A program made the translations under genes and the position numbers. A stretch of DNA of 64,000 nt from Escherichia coli (GTDB lineage Bacteria; Pseudomonadota; Gammaproteobacteria; Enterobacterales; Enterobacteriaceae): assembly GCF_022846255.1 (NCBI RefSeq), contig NZ_AP025682.1, one strand, 5' to 3'. Shown here one piece after another: positions 23,028 to 33,032 of this stretch (position 1 is the first letter of the stretch; each line of letters begins with the position of its first letter). Under the pieces are notes generated by a model, which did no database searches, was not told the DNA's origin, and saw only the letters and a list, made by a program, of their open reading frames with translations.

Positions 23028-23117
23028 ATGAGCGAAGCTCTCGGTATCACTGCATTTTATATATTCATAGCCGCAATTATTGTTGCTGCAGTGCTATACC
23101 TTGAACAACGCTGGTAG
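23028..23117 (+). CDS. 29-aa hydrophobic small protein (single predicted TM helix), possibly the small protein YldA
   Basis: ATG ORF MSEALGITAFYIFIAAIIVAAVLYLEQRW in the rnk-uspG gap; mostly hydrophobic core with charged ends; no strong SD; identification as YldA rests on memory of a 29-aa small protein in this neighbourhood. Confidence 0.4.
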   Translation: MSEALGITAFYIFIAAIIVAAVLYLEQRW

Positions 23118-23240
23118 CGCCTGGTTTTATTTATTTTCCAGCTCAATAGCAAATTCAGATCAAATCAGCCTCGCAAATCATAGATTCATAACCAATAATG
23201 TGCTGTTATGTATACATGCAAAAACAAGGAGAGAATGCTT

Positions 23241-23669
23241 ATGTACAAAACAATCATCATGCCAGTGGATGTTTTCGAAATGGAATTGAGCGACAAAGCG
23301 ATTCGCCACGCTGAATTCCTCGCCCAGGATGACGGAGTTATTCATCTACTTCACGTACTACCGGGGTCAGCCAGCCTGAGCCTGCACCGTTTTGCCGCTG
23401 ATGTACGTCGTTTTGAAGAGCATCTGCAACATGAAGCAGAAGAACGTTTGCAAACGATGGTCAGCCACTTTACCATCGATCCTTCCCGCATTAAGCAACA
23501 TGTCCGTTTTGGTAGTGTGCGGGATGAAGTTAACGAGTTAGCGAAAGAACTTGATGCAGATGTAGTAGTGATTGGTTCGCGTAACCCATCAATTTCAACT
23601 CATCTGTTGGGTTCTAACGCCTCGAGCGTAATCCGCCACGCCAATTTGCCGGTGCTGGTTGTGCGTTAA
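23241..23669 (+). CDS. uspG: Universal stress protein G
   Basis: 142 aa from [13 protein letters not shown]; Usp fold with C-terminal G-x-x-S nucleotide-binding motif ([14 protein letters not shown]). Confidence 0.92.
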
Positions 23670-23687
23670 TTGCCAGAATAAGTATCC

Positions 23688-23721
23688 CGCCCTGCCCGGA
23701 GCCATCCCTGCAGGGCTTTTT
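23688..23721 (+). terminator. Intrinsic terminator after uspG
   Basis: ccctgcccggagccatccctgcaggg stem-loop followed by ttttt. Confidence 0.65.
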
Positions 23722-23729
23722 AATGCAAT

Positions 23730-23762
23730 AAAAAAGCCGCCAGGTTTGACCCCGGCGGCTAA
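23730..23762 (-). terminator. Intrinsic terminator after ahpF (minus strand)
   Basis: agccgcc...ggcggct stem with a T-run on the minus strand (aaaaaa on plus). Confidence 0.65.
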
Positions 23763-23789
23763 GCAATTACAGGTGAATCTTACTTCTTC

Positions 23790-25355
23790 TTATGCAGTTT
23801 TGGTGCGAATCAGGTAGTCAAAAGCACTCAGAGAGGCTTTGGCACCTTCGCCAGTGGCGATGATGATCTGCTTGTACGGAACCGTCGTACAGTCACCCGC
23901 TGCGAACACGCCTTTGACGTTGGTTTCGCATTTCGCATCAATGATAATCTCGCCCATGCGATTACGTTCGACTGCGCCTTCCAGCCAGTTGGTGTTCGGC
24001 AGCAGACCAATCTGGACGAAAATACCGGCCAGTTCGATGTTGTGAATATCGCCGCTGACACGATCGCGATATTCCAGACCTACGACTTTGCTACCGTCGC
24101 CTTTCACTTCCGTGGTTTGCGCATTCAGAATAATGTCGACGTTTTTCAGGCTGCGTAGTTTGTCCTGCAGAACCTGGTCGGCTTTCATTTCTGGCGCAAA
24201 TTCCAGCAGCGTTACGTGCTCAACGATACCCGCCAGGTCAATTGCCGCTTCCACGCCGGAGTTACCGCCGCCGATAACCGCTACGCGTTTGCCTTTAAAC
24301 AGCGGGCCGTCGCAGTGCGGGCAATAGGTCACGCCTTTGGTGCGATACTGATCTTCGCCAGGAACGTTCATGTTGCGCCATTTTGCACCAGTCGCCACGA
24401 TAATGCTGCGTGCTTTCAGTACCGCGCCAGAAGCTGTTTCAATCTGATGCAAGCCGCCTTCAACCGCTGCCGGGATCAGTTTGCTCGCGCTCTGGCTGTC
24501 GATCACATCAACGTCGTATTCATCAACATGAACTTTCAGCGCACCTGCCAGTTTCTGGCCTTCGGTCTTCGGTACAGAAATGTAGTTTTCGATATCAACG
24601 GTATCGAGGATCTGACCACCAAAACGTTCGCCCATCAAACCGGTACGGATGCCTTTACGTGCGGAGTAAATTGCTGCCGCTGCACCCGCCGGGCCGGAAC
24701 CAACGATTAATACGTCATAAGCATCACGCTTATTCAGCTCTTCTGCCGCACGTTTTTCCGCACCAGTATCAATTTTGGCAACGATTTCAGTCAACGTCAT
24801 GCGGCCCTGACCAAACTCTTTCCCGTTTACGAACACTGCCGGAACGCCCATCACGTTGCGATCGGTGATTTCGTTCTGGAAGGTGCCGCCGTCAATTGCA
24901 GTGTGCTTGATGCGCGGGTTCAGTACGCTCATCAGGTTCAGCGCCTGCACCACGTCCGGGCAGTTGTGGCAAGAGAGCGAGTAATAGGTTTCGAATTCAA
25001 AATCACCGTCAATATGGCGAATCTGCTCCAGCAGAGACTGCGCTTCTTTCGACGGATGACCACCGGTCCACAGCAACGCCAGTACCAGCGAGGTGAACTC
25101 GTGGCCCAGCGGGGAGCCTGCAAAACGTGGTCCCTGGTTGGAACCTGGGTTGGTGATCAGGAAAGACGGCTTACGCACCGGCAAGCTGTTATCTTCTTTA
25201 AAGGTGACTTTGTCTGACAGTTCTGCGATTTCAGCCAACAGTTCCTTGATTTCTGCCGATTTAGCGCTGTCATCCAGCGTGGCAATTAACTCAACAGGCT
25301 TGGTCAATTTCTCAAGGTAAGCCTTGAGTTGAGTTTTCATATTTGTGTCGAGCAT
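23790..25355 (-). CDS. ahpF: Alkyl hydroperoxide reductase subunit F (NADH-dependent flavoprotein)
   Basis: 521 aa from [13 protein letters not shown]; two CxxC motifs (CHNC and CPHC), FAD/NAD binding GxGxxG/A. Confidence 0.93.
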
Positions 25356-25525
25356 GTTTATCTCCTGGGCTTTAAACATCATCATGCAAGCGGCCTCTGC
25401 GGCTAGCTGGATGCAGCTTGCATCATGGTGCGGGGAAGAAAATCGGGTGCCGCAGCACCCGAAGAATTAGGTGAATTTCCGAAGTATCTCGCGCCGGAGT
25501 TGATAGCGCGAAAGACGAAGGAAAT

Positions 25526-26089
25526 TTAGATTTTACCAACCAGGTCCAGAGACGGAGCCAGAGTTGCTTCACCTTCTTTCCATTTAGCCGGGCAAACTTC
25601 ACCTGGGTGAGAAGCTACGTACTGTGCTGCTTTGATTTTACGCAGCAGGTCTGACGCGTCACGGCCAATGCCTTCAGCGGTAACTTCGATTGCCTGGATG
25701 ATACCCTGCGGGTCAACAACGAAGGTCGCACGGTCAGCCAGACCTTCATCTTCACGCATGTTGTCGAAGTTACGGGTCAGGGCGCCAGTCGGGTCGCCGA
25801 TCATCGCATATTTGATTTTAGCGATGGTTTCAGAGCTGCTGTGCCATGCTTTGTGGGTGAAGTGAGTATCGGTAGATACTGCGTATACGTCTACGCCCAG
25901 TTTCTGCAATTCTTCGTAATGGTCAGCAACGTCACCCAGTTCGGTCGGGCATACGAAAGTAAAGTCAGCCGGGTAGAAGAAGAAGACGCTCCAGCGGCCT
26001 TCGGTATCTTTTTCGGTGATTTCGATGAATTCGCCGTTTTTGAATGCCTGGTTTTTAAAAGGTTTAATTTTGGTGTTAATCAAGGACAT
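25526..26089 (-). CDS. ahpC: Alkyl hydroperoxide reductase subunit C (2-Cys peroxiredoxin)
   Basis: 187 aa; peroxidatic Cys motif FTFVCPTE; resolving Cys near C-terminus. Confidence 0.95.
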   Translation of the reverse strand: MSLINTKIKPFKNQAFKNGEFIEITEKDTEGRWSVFFFYPADFTFVCPTELGDVADHYEELQKLGVDVYAVSTDTHFTHKAWHSSSETIAKIKYAMIGDPTGALTRNFDNMREDEGLADRATFVVDPQGIIQAIEVTAEGIGRDASDLLRKIKAAQYVASHPGEVCPAKWKEGEATLAPSLDLVGKI

Positions 26090-26460
26090 CTATACTTCCT
26101 CCGTGTTTTCGATGAGATGTAAGGTAACCAATTTTTGCCGATTCGGCTAATGCGTTTCCATTATCAAATCGATAAGTTTTACCTTACAACCTTCGTAAGA
26201 CAACTTTGTGAACTTTGCACCGCCAGCGGCGATAAAAAGTAAAATGGCCCCCTTTCCAGGTGACCGTGTAATCTGAACTACCCTTTGGTATCTTCAGCGC
26301 CTGCCTGCAGGCTGAGGTGTTGCCCTTACAAATGCAACAACGACATGGATTACAACACCCTCATAAACAAAGGGCAATCACCTGATCTAAGCTCTTACCT
26401 ATGACAGTGATAGGTTATGCCTTTTACTCGACTTTTGCACTGACTGAAAAGGACAAATTA

Positions 26461-27207
26461 ATGTTAAAAAAGATACTTTTACTGGCCCTGCTTCCTGCAA
26501 TCGCCTTCGCAGAGGAACTTCCTGCCCCAGTAAAAGCGATTGAAAAACAGGGTATTACAATCATCAAAACGTTCGATGCCCCTGGAGGAATGAAAGGTTA
26601 TCTCGGTAAGTATCAGGATATGGGCGTCACCATCTACCTGACTCCAGATGGTAAGCACGCTATCTCTGGTTACATGTACAACGAAAAAGGTGAAAACCTG
26701 AGTAACACGCTTATCGAAAAAGAAATTTACGCACCCGCCGGACGTGAAATGTGGCAACGGATGGAACAATCCCACTGGCTCCTCGACGGTAAAAAAGACG
26801 CGCCGGTCATTGTCTACATCTTCGCCGATCCGTTCTGCCCATATTGTAAACAGTTCTGGCAGCAGGCTCGTCCGTGGGTAGATTCTGGCAAAGTGCAATT
26901 GAGAACATTGTTGGTTGGGGTTATCAAGCCAGAAAGCCCGGCGACAGCAGCGGCAATTCTTGCCTCCAAAGATCCCGCAAAAACCTGGCAACAATATGAA
27001 GCCTCTGGTGGCAAGCTTAAGCTAAGCGTGCCTGCAAACGTAAGTACAGAGCAAATGAAAGTGTTAAGCGACAACGAGAAACTCATGGACGATCTGGGGG
27101 CAAATGTCACACCAGCTATCTATTACATGAGTAAGGGAAATACCCTGCAACAGGCCGTCGGATTACCCGATCAGAAAACACTTAATATCATTATGGGGAA
27201 TAAATAG
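26461..27207 (+). CDS. dsbG: Periplasmic thiol:disulfide interchange protein DsbG
   Basis: 248 aa from [17 protein letters not shown]; thioredoxin CPYC motif. Confidence 0.92.
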   Translation: MLKKILLLALLPAIAFAEELPAPVKAIEKQGITIIKTFDAPGGMKGYLGKYQDMGVTIYLTPDGKHAISGYMYNEKGENLSNTLIEKEIYAPAGREMWQRMEQSHWLLDGKKDAPVIVYIFADPFCPYCKQFWQQARPWVDSGKVQLRTLLVGVIKPESPATAAAILASKDPAKTWQQYEASGGKLKLSVPANVSTEQMKVLSDNEKLMDDLGANVTPAIYYMSKGNTLQQAVGLPDQKTLNIIMGNK

Positions 27208-27414
27208 AATATAATTCATGGGTGGTTGAAATACATCCTTGCTTTTCAACCATCCTAAAAACTCATGAATTGCTCGTAACCCACCTGACAGCTATGCTAT
27301 TTTAGATAAACTTAATCCAAAGTTAAGCAGAAAAACATAATACATATAAATACAACAGCAACACTATTGATCAAGTGAATGATTTCTGGAAGAGACAATA
27401 CAGCGGAGTATGTT

Positions 27415-28317
27415 ATGGCTAATCTTTATGATCTAAAAAAATTTGACCTCAATTTACTGGTCATATTTGAATGTATTTATCAACATCTCAGCATTAGTAA
27501 AGCGGCAGAATCATTATATATAACGCCCTCTGCTGTTAGTCAGTCGTTACAACGTTTACGTGCGCAATTTAATGACCCGTTATTCATTCGCTCTGGGAAA
27601 GGTATCGCGCCGACTACAACAGGGTTAAACCTGCATCACCATCTTGAGAAAAATCTCAGAGGCCTTGAACAAACGATCAATATCGTAAATAAGTCTGAAC
27701 TAAAGAAAAATTTTATTATCTACGGTCCTCAGCTTATTTCTTGTACTAATAACAACATGCTAATCCGCTGTCTTAGACAAGATACTTCAATCGATATAGA
27801 ATGCCATGACATCCTGCTTTCAGCTGAAAATGCCGAAGAACTGTTGGTTCAACGCAAAACTGACCTGGCAATTACGCTGCAACCAGTAATTAGTCGCTCT
27901 GTCATCTGCATGCCGTTACACACTATTCGCAATTCCCTTATATGTAGCAACAAACATCCTCGTATTACTGATACCAGTAACTATGAACAAATTATCGCCG
28001 AAGAATTCACCCTGTTGATATCTAAATCAGCAGGGATTGACGAAATTCAAATGGACATAGATGAACGTTTTATAAACCGTAAAGTTTCATTTCGCAGTTC
28101 TTCTTTGTTGACTATAATTAATAGCATTTCTGTTACTGACTTATTAGGCATTGTGCCCACCGAACTGTACGATTTACATCGTGATTTTTTGAAGTTAAAA
28201 GAAATAAAACTAGAACAACCTCTTCCTGCGGTTAAACTTTATATTTCCTATAACAAGGCTTCGTTGAACAACCTTGTCTTCTCCCGATTCATAGATCGTT
28301 TAAATGATAGCTTCTGA
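27415..28317 (+). CDS. ybdO: LysR-family transcriptional regulator YbdO
   Basis: 300 aa from MANLYDLKKFDLNLLVIFE; canonical LysR N-terminal HTH. Confidence 0.88.
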   Translation: MANLYDLKKFDLNLLVIFECIYQHLSISKAAESLYITPSAVSQSLQRLRAQFNDPLFIRSGKGIAPTTTGLNLHHHLEKNLRGLEQTINIVNKSELKKNFIIYGPQLISCTNNNMLIRCLRQDTSIDIECHDILLSAENAEELLVQRKTDLAITLQPVISRSVICMPLHTIRNSLICSNKHPRITDTSNYEQIIAEEFTLLISKSAGIDEIQMDIDERFINRKVSFRSSSLLTIINSISVTDLLGIVPTELYDLHRDFLKLKEIKLEQPLPAVKLYISYNKASLNNLVFSRFIDRLNDSF

Positions 28318-28463
28318 TTCATTACCACTGACAAATAATATATTACGCATCAATTAATTCATTGTGTGAATATAAAATAATGTGCTCTATCTTGCTTCGT
28401 TTATCCTATAATTAGCGGATTCATCTCACGAGTCACCCCGTAACGTTCAGAGAGCGTTTTTAG

Positions 28464-29684
28464 ATGTCTATTTATAAAATCCCGCTTCCACTGAATATTC
28501 TGGAAGCTGCAAAAGAACGTATTACCTGGACACTTAATACCCTACCCCGTATCTGTGTTTCTTTTTCGGGTGGTAAAGATTCCGGATTAATGCTGCATCT
28601 GACAGCCGAAATTGCCCGACAAATGGGCAAAAAAATCTGCGTTTTGTTTATCGACTGGGAAGCGCAGTTCTCATGCACTATTAACTATGTTCAGTCATTA
28701 CGTGAGTTTTACGCCGATGTCATCGAAGAGTTTTACTGGGTTGCGCTCCCGCTTACGACGCAAAATTCCCTTTCTCAATACCAACCCGAATGGCAGTGCT
28801 GGGAACCTGATGTCGAATGGGTACGTCAGCCCCCGCAAGATGCGATAACCGATCCTGACTTTTTCTCCTTTTACCAGCCTGGCATGACCTTCGAACAATT
28901 TGTGCGTGAGTTTGCTGAATGGTTTTCACAAAAACGTCCGGCGGCGATGATGATCGGCATCCGTGCAGATGAGTCCTACAACCGTTTTGTCGCCATCGCC
29001 AGTTTAAATAAACAACGTTTTGCCGATGATAAGCCCTGGACCACCGCCGCACCAGGCGGTCATAGTTGGTACATTTACCCCATCTACGACTGGAAAGTGG
29101 CTGATATCTGGACCTGGTATGCTAACCATCAACAGCTCTGTAACCCACTGTATAATATAATGTATCAGGCAGGCGTTCCTCTGCGTCATATGCGAATTTG
29201 CGAACCTTTTGGCCCGGAGCAACGGCAAGGATTATGGCTCTATCACGTTATCGAACCGGATCGCTGGGCTGCTATGTGCGCACGAGTCAGCGGGGTAAAA
29301 AGTGGCGGCATTTACGCCGGACATGATAATCATTTTTATGGTCATCGGAAAATCCTCAAGCCAGAACATTTAGACTGGCAAGAATATGCATTATTGCTGC
29401 TCAATAGCATGCCGGAAAAAACAGCTGAGCATTACCGCAATAAAATCGCCATTTATTTGCACTGGTATCAGAAAAAAGGCATCGAAGTTCCACAAACCCA
29501 GCAAGGGGACATTGGCGCGAAAGATATCCCCTCCTGGCGGCGAATATGCAAAGTTTTACTCAATAACGATTACTGGTGCCGGGCATTATCATTTAGTCCT
29601 ACGAAAGCGAAGAACTATCAGCGTTATAACGAACGGATAAAAGGAAAACGTCAGGAATGGGGGATACTATGCAACAACGATTAA
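28464..29684 (+). CDS. ybdN: PAPS-reductase-like (adenine nucleotide alpha-hydrolase fold) protein YbdN, IbrA-like
   Basis: 406 aa; N-terminal SGGKDS P-loop-like motif typical of PAPS reductase / ATP-PPase fold. Confidence 0.85.
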   Translation: MSIYKIPLPLNILEAAKERITWTLNTLPRICVSFSGGKDSGLMLHLTAEIARQMGKKICVLFIDWEAQFSCTINYVQSLREFYADVIEEFYWVALPLTTQNSLSQYQPEWQCWEPDVEWVRQPPQDAITDPDFFSFYQPGMTFEQFVREFAEWFSQKRPAAMMIGIRADESYNRFVAIASLNKQRFADDKPWTTAAPGGHSWYIYPIYDWKVADIWTWYANHQQLCNPLYNIMYQAGVPLRHMRICEPFGPEQRQGLWLYHVIEPDRWAAMCARVSGVKSGGIYAGHDNHFYGHRKILKPEHLDWQEYALLLLNSMPEKTAEHYRNKIAIYLHWYQKKGIEVPQTQQGDIGAKDIPSWRRICKVLLNNDYWCRALSFSPTKAKNYQRYNERIKGKRQEWGILCNND

Positions 29685-30286
29685 CGCAGGATTTAACCCA
29701 ATTTCTCGCCAGCTTGCCGGAAGATGATCGCATCAAAGCGATTAATGAAATCCGCATGGCGATCCATCAGGTTAGCCCCTTTCGTGAAGAGCCAGTGGAT
29801 TGCGTTCTGTGGGTTAAAAACAGCCAACTTATGCCTAATGATTACAACCCAAACAACGTGGCACCACCCGAAAAAAAACTGCTGAAAAAATCCATTGAAA
29901 TAGATGGTTTTACCCAACCCATTGTGGTCACGCATACGGATAAAAATGCCCTGGAAATCGTGGATGGTTTTCACCGCCATGAAATTGGTAAAGGCTCATC
30001 ATCGTTAAAATTACGCTTAAAAGGTTATTTGCCGGTGACCTGTCTGGAAGGTACGCGTAATCAACGCATCGCCGCGACTATTCGTCATAATCGCGCTCGT
30101 GGACGTCACCAAATCACTGCCATGTCAGAAATCGTCCGTGAACTCAGCCAGTTGGGATGGGACGATAATAAAATTGGCAAAGAGCTGGGAATGGACAGCG
30201 ACGAAGTGTTGCGCCTGAAGCAAATTAACGGCCTGCAAGAGTTGTTTGCCGACCGTCAATTTTCCCGCGCCTGGACGGTTAAATAA
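29657..30286 (+). CDS. ybdM: ParB/sulfiredoxin-like nuclease-domain protein YbdM, IbrB-like
   Basis: 209 aa; overlaps ybdN 3' end by 28 nt; ParB-like motifs (IVDGFHR). Confidence 0.85.
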   Translation: MGDTMQQRLTQDLTQFLASLPEDDRIKAINEIRMAIHQVSPFREEPVDCVLWVKNSQLMPNDYNPNNVAPPEKKLLKKSIEIDGFTQPIVVTHTDKNALEIVDGFHRHEIGKGSSSLKLRLKGYLPVTCLEGTRNQRIAATIRHNRARGRHQITAMSEIVRELSQLGWDDNKIGKELGMDSDEVLRLKQINGLQELFADRQFSRAWTVK

Positions 30287-31447
30287 CTACAGCTGGCGCA
30301 GGCGTTCTGCTGCTGCCAGCAACGTCGATTCCTTTTTGGCAAAACAGAGACGAATCAGTTTATGTGGGAAGGGATCGGCGCAAAACACCGACAGCGGAAT
30401 CGCCGCTACGCCGTGCTCCCGCGTCAGCCACTGGCAAAACTCAACATCATCCATCGTAGATACGGCACTGTAATCCACCAGCAAAAAGTATGTACCTTCG
30501 CACGGTAAAATCTCCAGCCGACTTTCATTTAAGGCATTCACCAGAATATCGCGCTTCTGGCGATAAAAGTCCGGTAACGCAAGATAATGCTCAGGTTCTG
30601 CACGTAGCATATCGGCAAGCGCCAACTGTGCCGGGGTATTCACCGAAAAGGTCAGATACTGATGCACTTTGCGGATCTCGGCGCTGATGGGCGCAGGTGC
30701 AACGCAATACCCCACTTTCCAGCCGGTCATATGATAGGTCTTGCCAAACGATGACACCGCCACCGCTCGCTCACACAATTGCGGATGCGCCAGCACGCTG
30801 GCATGGCCCTGTTGTGAAAAATTGATGTGCTCGTAGACTTCATCGCTAATGACAAAAATCTCGTGCCCGGCAATCGCCTGCCACAGAGCGGAGAAATCAG
30901 CCTGCTGCCAGACAGTTGCACTGGGGTTATGCGGGGTGTTGAGGATCACCAGTCGGGTGCGCTCGCTTAACAATGCGGCAAATTCCTGCCAGTCCACGCG
31001 AAAATGCGGTGGTTGCAGTGCCATACGCTTCACTATTCCCCCAGAAAGCGCGATGGCGGGGGCGTAACTGTCATAGCTGGGATCAAAGCAGATCACTTCA
31101 TCACCATTGCGCACCAATGCGGTAATCGCTGCATATAACGCTTCCGTCGCCCCTGCCGTTACGGTGATATCACTATCGGCATCCGGTTGATAGCCATACA
31201 GACGTTCCGTTTTCTGAGCAATCGCCTCGCGCAAGGCCTGCACGCCAGTCATAGGCGCGTATTGGTTTGCCCCCTGGGCAACGTGGTACGCCAGCCGCTC
31301 TTGTAAATAGCGCGGACCATCAAAATCAGGAAAGCCTTGCGAAAGGTTAATGGCCTGGTGTTGCTGCGCCAGCGCGCTCATCTGGGTGAAAATAGTGGTG
31401 CCAAGTTGTGGAAGTTTGCTTTGTGGAATCAGAGGGTTATTTGTCAT
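30287..31447 (-). CDS. ybdL: PLP-dependent methionine aminotransferase
   Basis: 386 aa; class I/II aminotransferase features with PLP-lysine region (SFGKTYHMTGWKVGY). Confidence 0.9.
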   Translation of the reverse strand: MTNNPLIPQSKLPQLGTTIFTQMSALAQQHQAINLSQGFPDFDGPRYLQERLAYHVAQGANQYAPMTGVQALREAIAQKTERLYGYQPDADSDITVTAGATEALYAAITALVRNGDEVICFDPSYDSYAPAIALSGGIVKRMALQPPHFRVDWQEFAALLSERTRLVILNTPHNPSATVWQQADFSALWQAIAGHEIFVISDEVYEHINFSQQGHASVLAHPQLCERAVAVSSFGKTYHMTGWKVGYCVAPAPISAEIRKVHQYLTFSVNTPAQLALADMLRAEPEHYLALPDFYRQKRDILVNALNESRLEILPCEGTYFLLVDYSAVSTMDDVEFCQWLTREHGVAAIPLSVFCADPFPHKLIRLCFAKKESTLLAAAERLRQL

Positions 31448-31555
31448 TTTTATTGTACCTGACGAAGTTGCGTGTTGAAGGCACTATAACACGATGCTAG
31501 TATTTGGCAATCAAGACGTTTAGATGTCTAAATAAAACAATAAGGACAACACAAC

Positions 31556-32644
31556 ATGCCTCACAATCCTATCCGCGTGGTCGTCGGCCCGGCTAACTAC
31601 TTTTCACATCCCGGAAGTTTCAATCACCTGCACGATTTTTTCACTGATGAACAACTTTCTCGCGCAGTGTGGATCTACGGCGAACGCGCCATTGCTGCGG
31701 CACAAACCAAACTGCCGCCTGCGTTTGAACTGCCAGGGGTAAAGCATATTTTGTTTCGTGGTCATTGCAGCGAAAGCGATGTACAACAACTGGCGGCTGA
31801 GTCCGGTGACGATCGCAGCGTGGTGATTGGCGTCGGCGGCGGCGCACTGCTCGACACCGCAAAAGCCCTCGCCCGCCGTCTCGGTCTGCCGTTTGTTGCC
31901 GTTCCGACGATCGCCGCCACCTGCGCCGCCTGGACACCGCTCTCCGTCTGGTATAACGATGCCGGACAGGCGCTGCATTATGAGATTTTCGACGACGCCA
32001 ATTTTATGGTGCTGCTGGAGCCAGAGATTATCCTCAATGCGCCGCAAGAATATCTGCTGGCGGGGATCGGTGACACGCTGGCGAAATGGTATGAAGCGGT
32101 GGTGCTGGCTCCGCAACCAGAAACGTTGCCACTAACCGTGCGGCTGGGAATCAATAATGCGCAGGCCATTCGCGACGTCTTGTTAAACAGTAGCGAACAG
32201 GCGCTTGCCGATCAGCAAAATCAGCAATTAACGCAATCATTTTGCGATGTGGTGGATGCCATTATTGCTGGTGGTGGAATGGTCGGTGGTCTGGGCGATC
32301 GTTTTACGCGTGTGGCGGCGGCTCATGCCGTGCATAACGGTCTGACCGTGCTGCCGCAAACCGAGAAGTTTCTCCACGGCACCAAAGTCGCCTACGGCAT
32401 TCTGGTGCAAAGCGCCTTGCTGGGTCAGGATGATGTGCTGGCGCAATTAACTGGAGCGTATCAGCGTTTTCATCTGCCGACTACGCTGGCGGAGCTGGAA
32501 GTGGATATCAATAATCAGGCGGAGATCGACAAAGTGATTGCCCACACCTTGCGCCCGGTGGAGTCCATTCATTACCTGCCAGTCACGCTGACACCAGATA
32601 CGTTGCGTGCAGCGTTCGAAAAAGTGGAATCGTTTAAAGCCTGA
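31556..32644 (+). CDS. ybdH: Iron-containing alcohol dehydrogenase family protein (glycerol dehydrogenase-like; hydroxycarboxylate dehydrogenase)
   Basis: 362 aa; GGGxxxD NAD-binding motif (GVGGGALLDTAK); metal-binding His residues. Confidence 0.88.
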   Translation: MPHNPIRVVVGPANYFSHPGSFNHLHDFFTDEQLSRAVWIYGERAIAAAQTKLPPAFELPGVKHILFRGHCSESDVQQLAAESGDDRSVVIGVGGGALLDTAKALARRLGLPFVAVPTIAATCAAWTPLSVWYNDAGQALHYEIFDDANFMVLLEPEIILNAPQEYLLAGIGDTLAKWYEAVVLAPQPETLPLTVRLGINNAQAIRDVLLNSSEQALADQQNQQLTQSFCDVVDAIIAGGGMVGGLGDRFTRVAAAHAVHNGLTVLPQTEKFLHGTKVAYGILVQSALLGQDDVLAQLTGAYQRFHLPTTLAELEVDINNQAEIDKVIAHTLRPVESIHYLPVTLTPDTLRAAFEKVESFKA

Positions 32645-32653
32645 CGTGCAAAT

Positions 32654-32851
32654 TTAGCAGCAGCGCGCGCCGCCTTTTCCACCGTAGCGCGCGTCCTGCC
32701 GCTCACGGAAAAACTCTTCGTAGGTCATCGGCGTTTGATCGGGATGATTAACCCGCATATGTTCGACATAGTTGTCGTAATCAGGCATACCAATCATCAG
32801 CTTCGCCGCCTGACCTAAATATTTTCCGGCTTTTGCCAGTGAATCAAACAT
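32654..32851 (-). CDS. ybdD: Small protein YbdD (DUF466), co-transcribed with cstA
   Basis: 65 aa from [14 protein letters not shown]; lies downstream of cstA on the same strand. Confidence 0.85.
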   Translation of the reverse strand: MFDSLAKAGKYLGQAAKLMIGMPDYDNYVEHMRVNHPDQTPMTYEEFFRERQDARYGGKGGARCC

Positions 32852-32884
32852 CAATACCTCCGGTAAACAGGTTGCTGAGAGAGT

Positions 32885-32919
32885 GCCGGATGCGGCGTGA
32901 GCGCTTTATCCAGCCTACA
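32885..32919. repeat. REP (repetitive extragenic palindrome) element
   Basis: gccggatgcggcgtgagcgctttatccagcctaca matches the canonical E. coli REP sequence family. Confidence 0.8.
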
Positions 32920-32944
32920 AATGCTATCAACGCGCTCGGTCAGT

Positions 32945-32989
32945 CCCCTCGCCCCACCGGGGAGAGGGTTAGGGTGAGGGGGAACCCTC
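32945..32989. repeat. GC-rich boxC-like intergenic repeat
   Basis: cccctcgccccaccggggagagggttagggtgagggggaaccctc resembles boxC-type enterobacterial intergenic repeats. Confidence 0.55.
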
Positions 32990-33032
32990 GGCACTATGCC
33001 AACATTCGCCAACATCCCCCCTCACTCTGACT

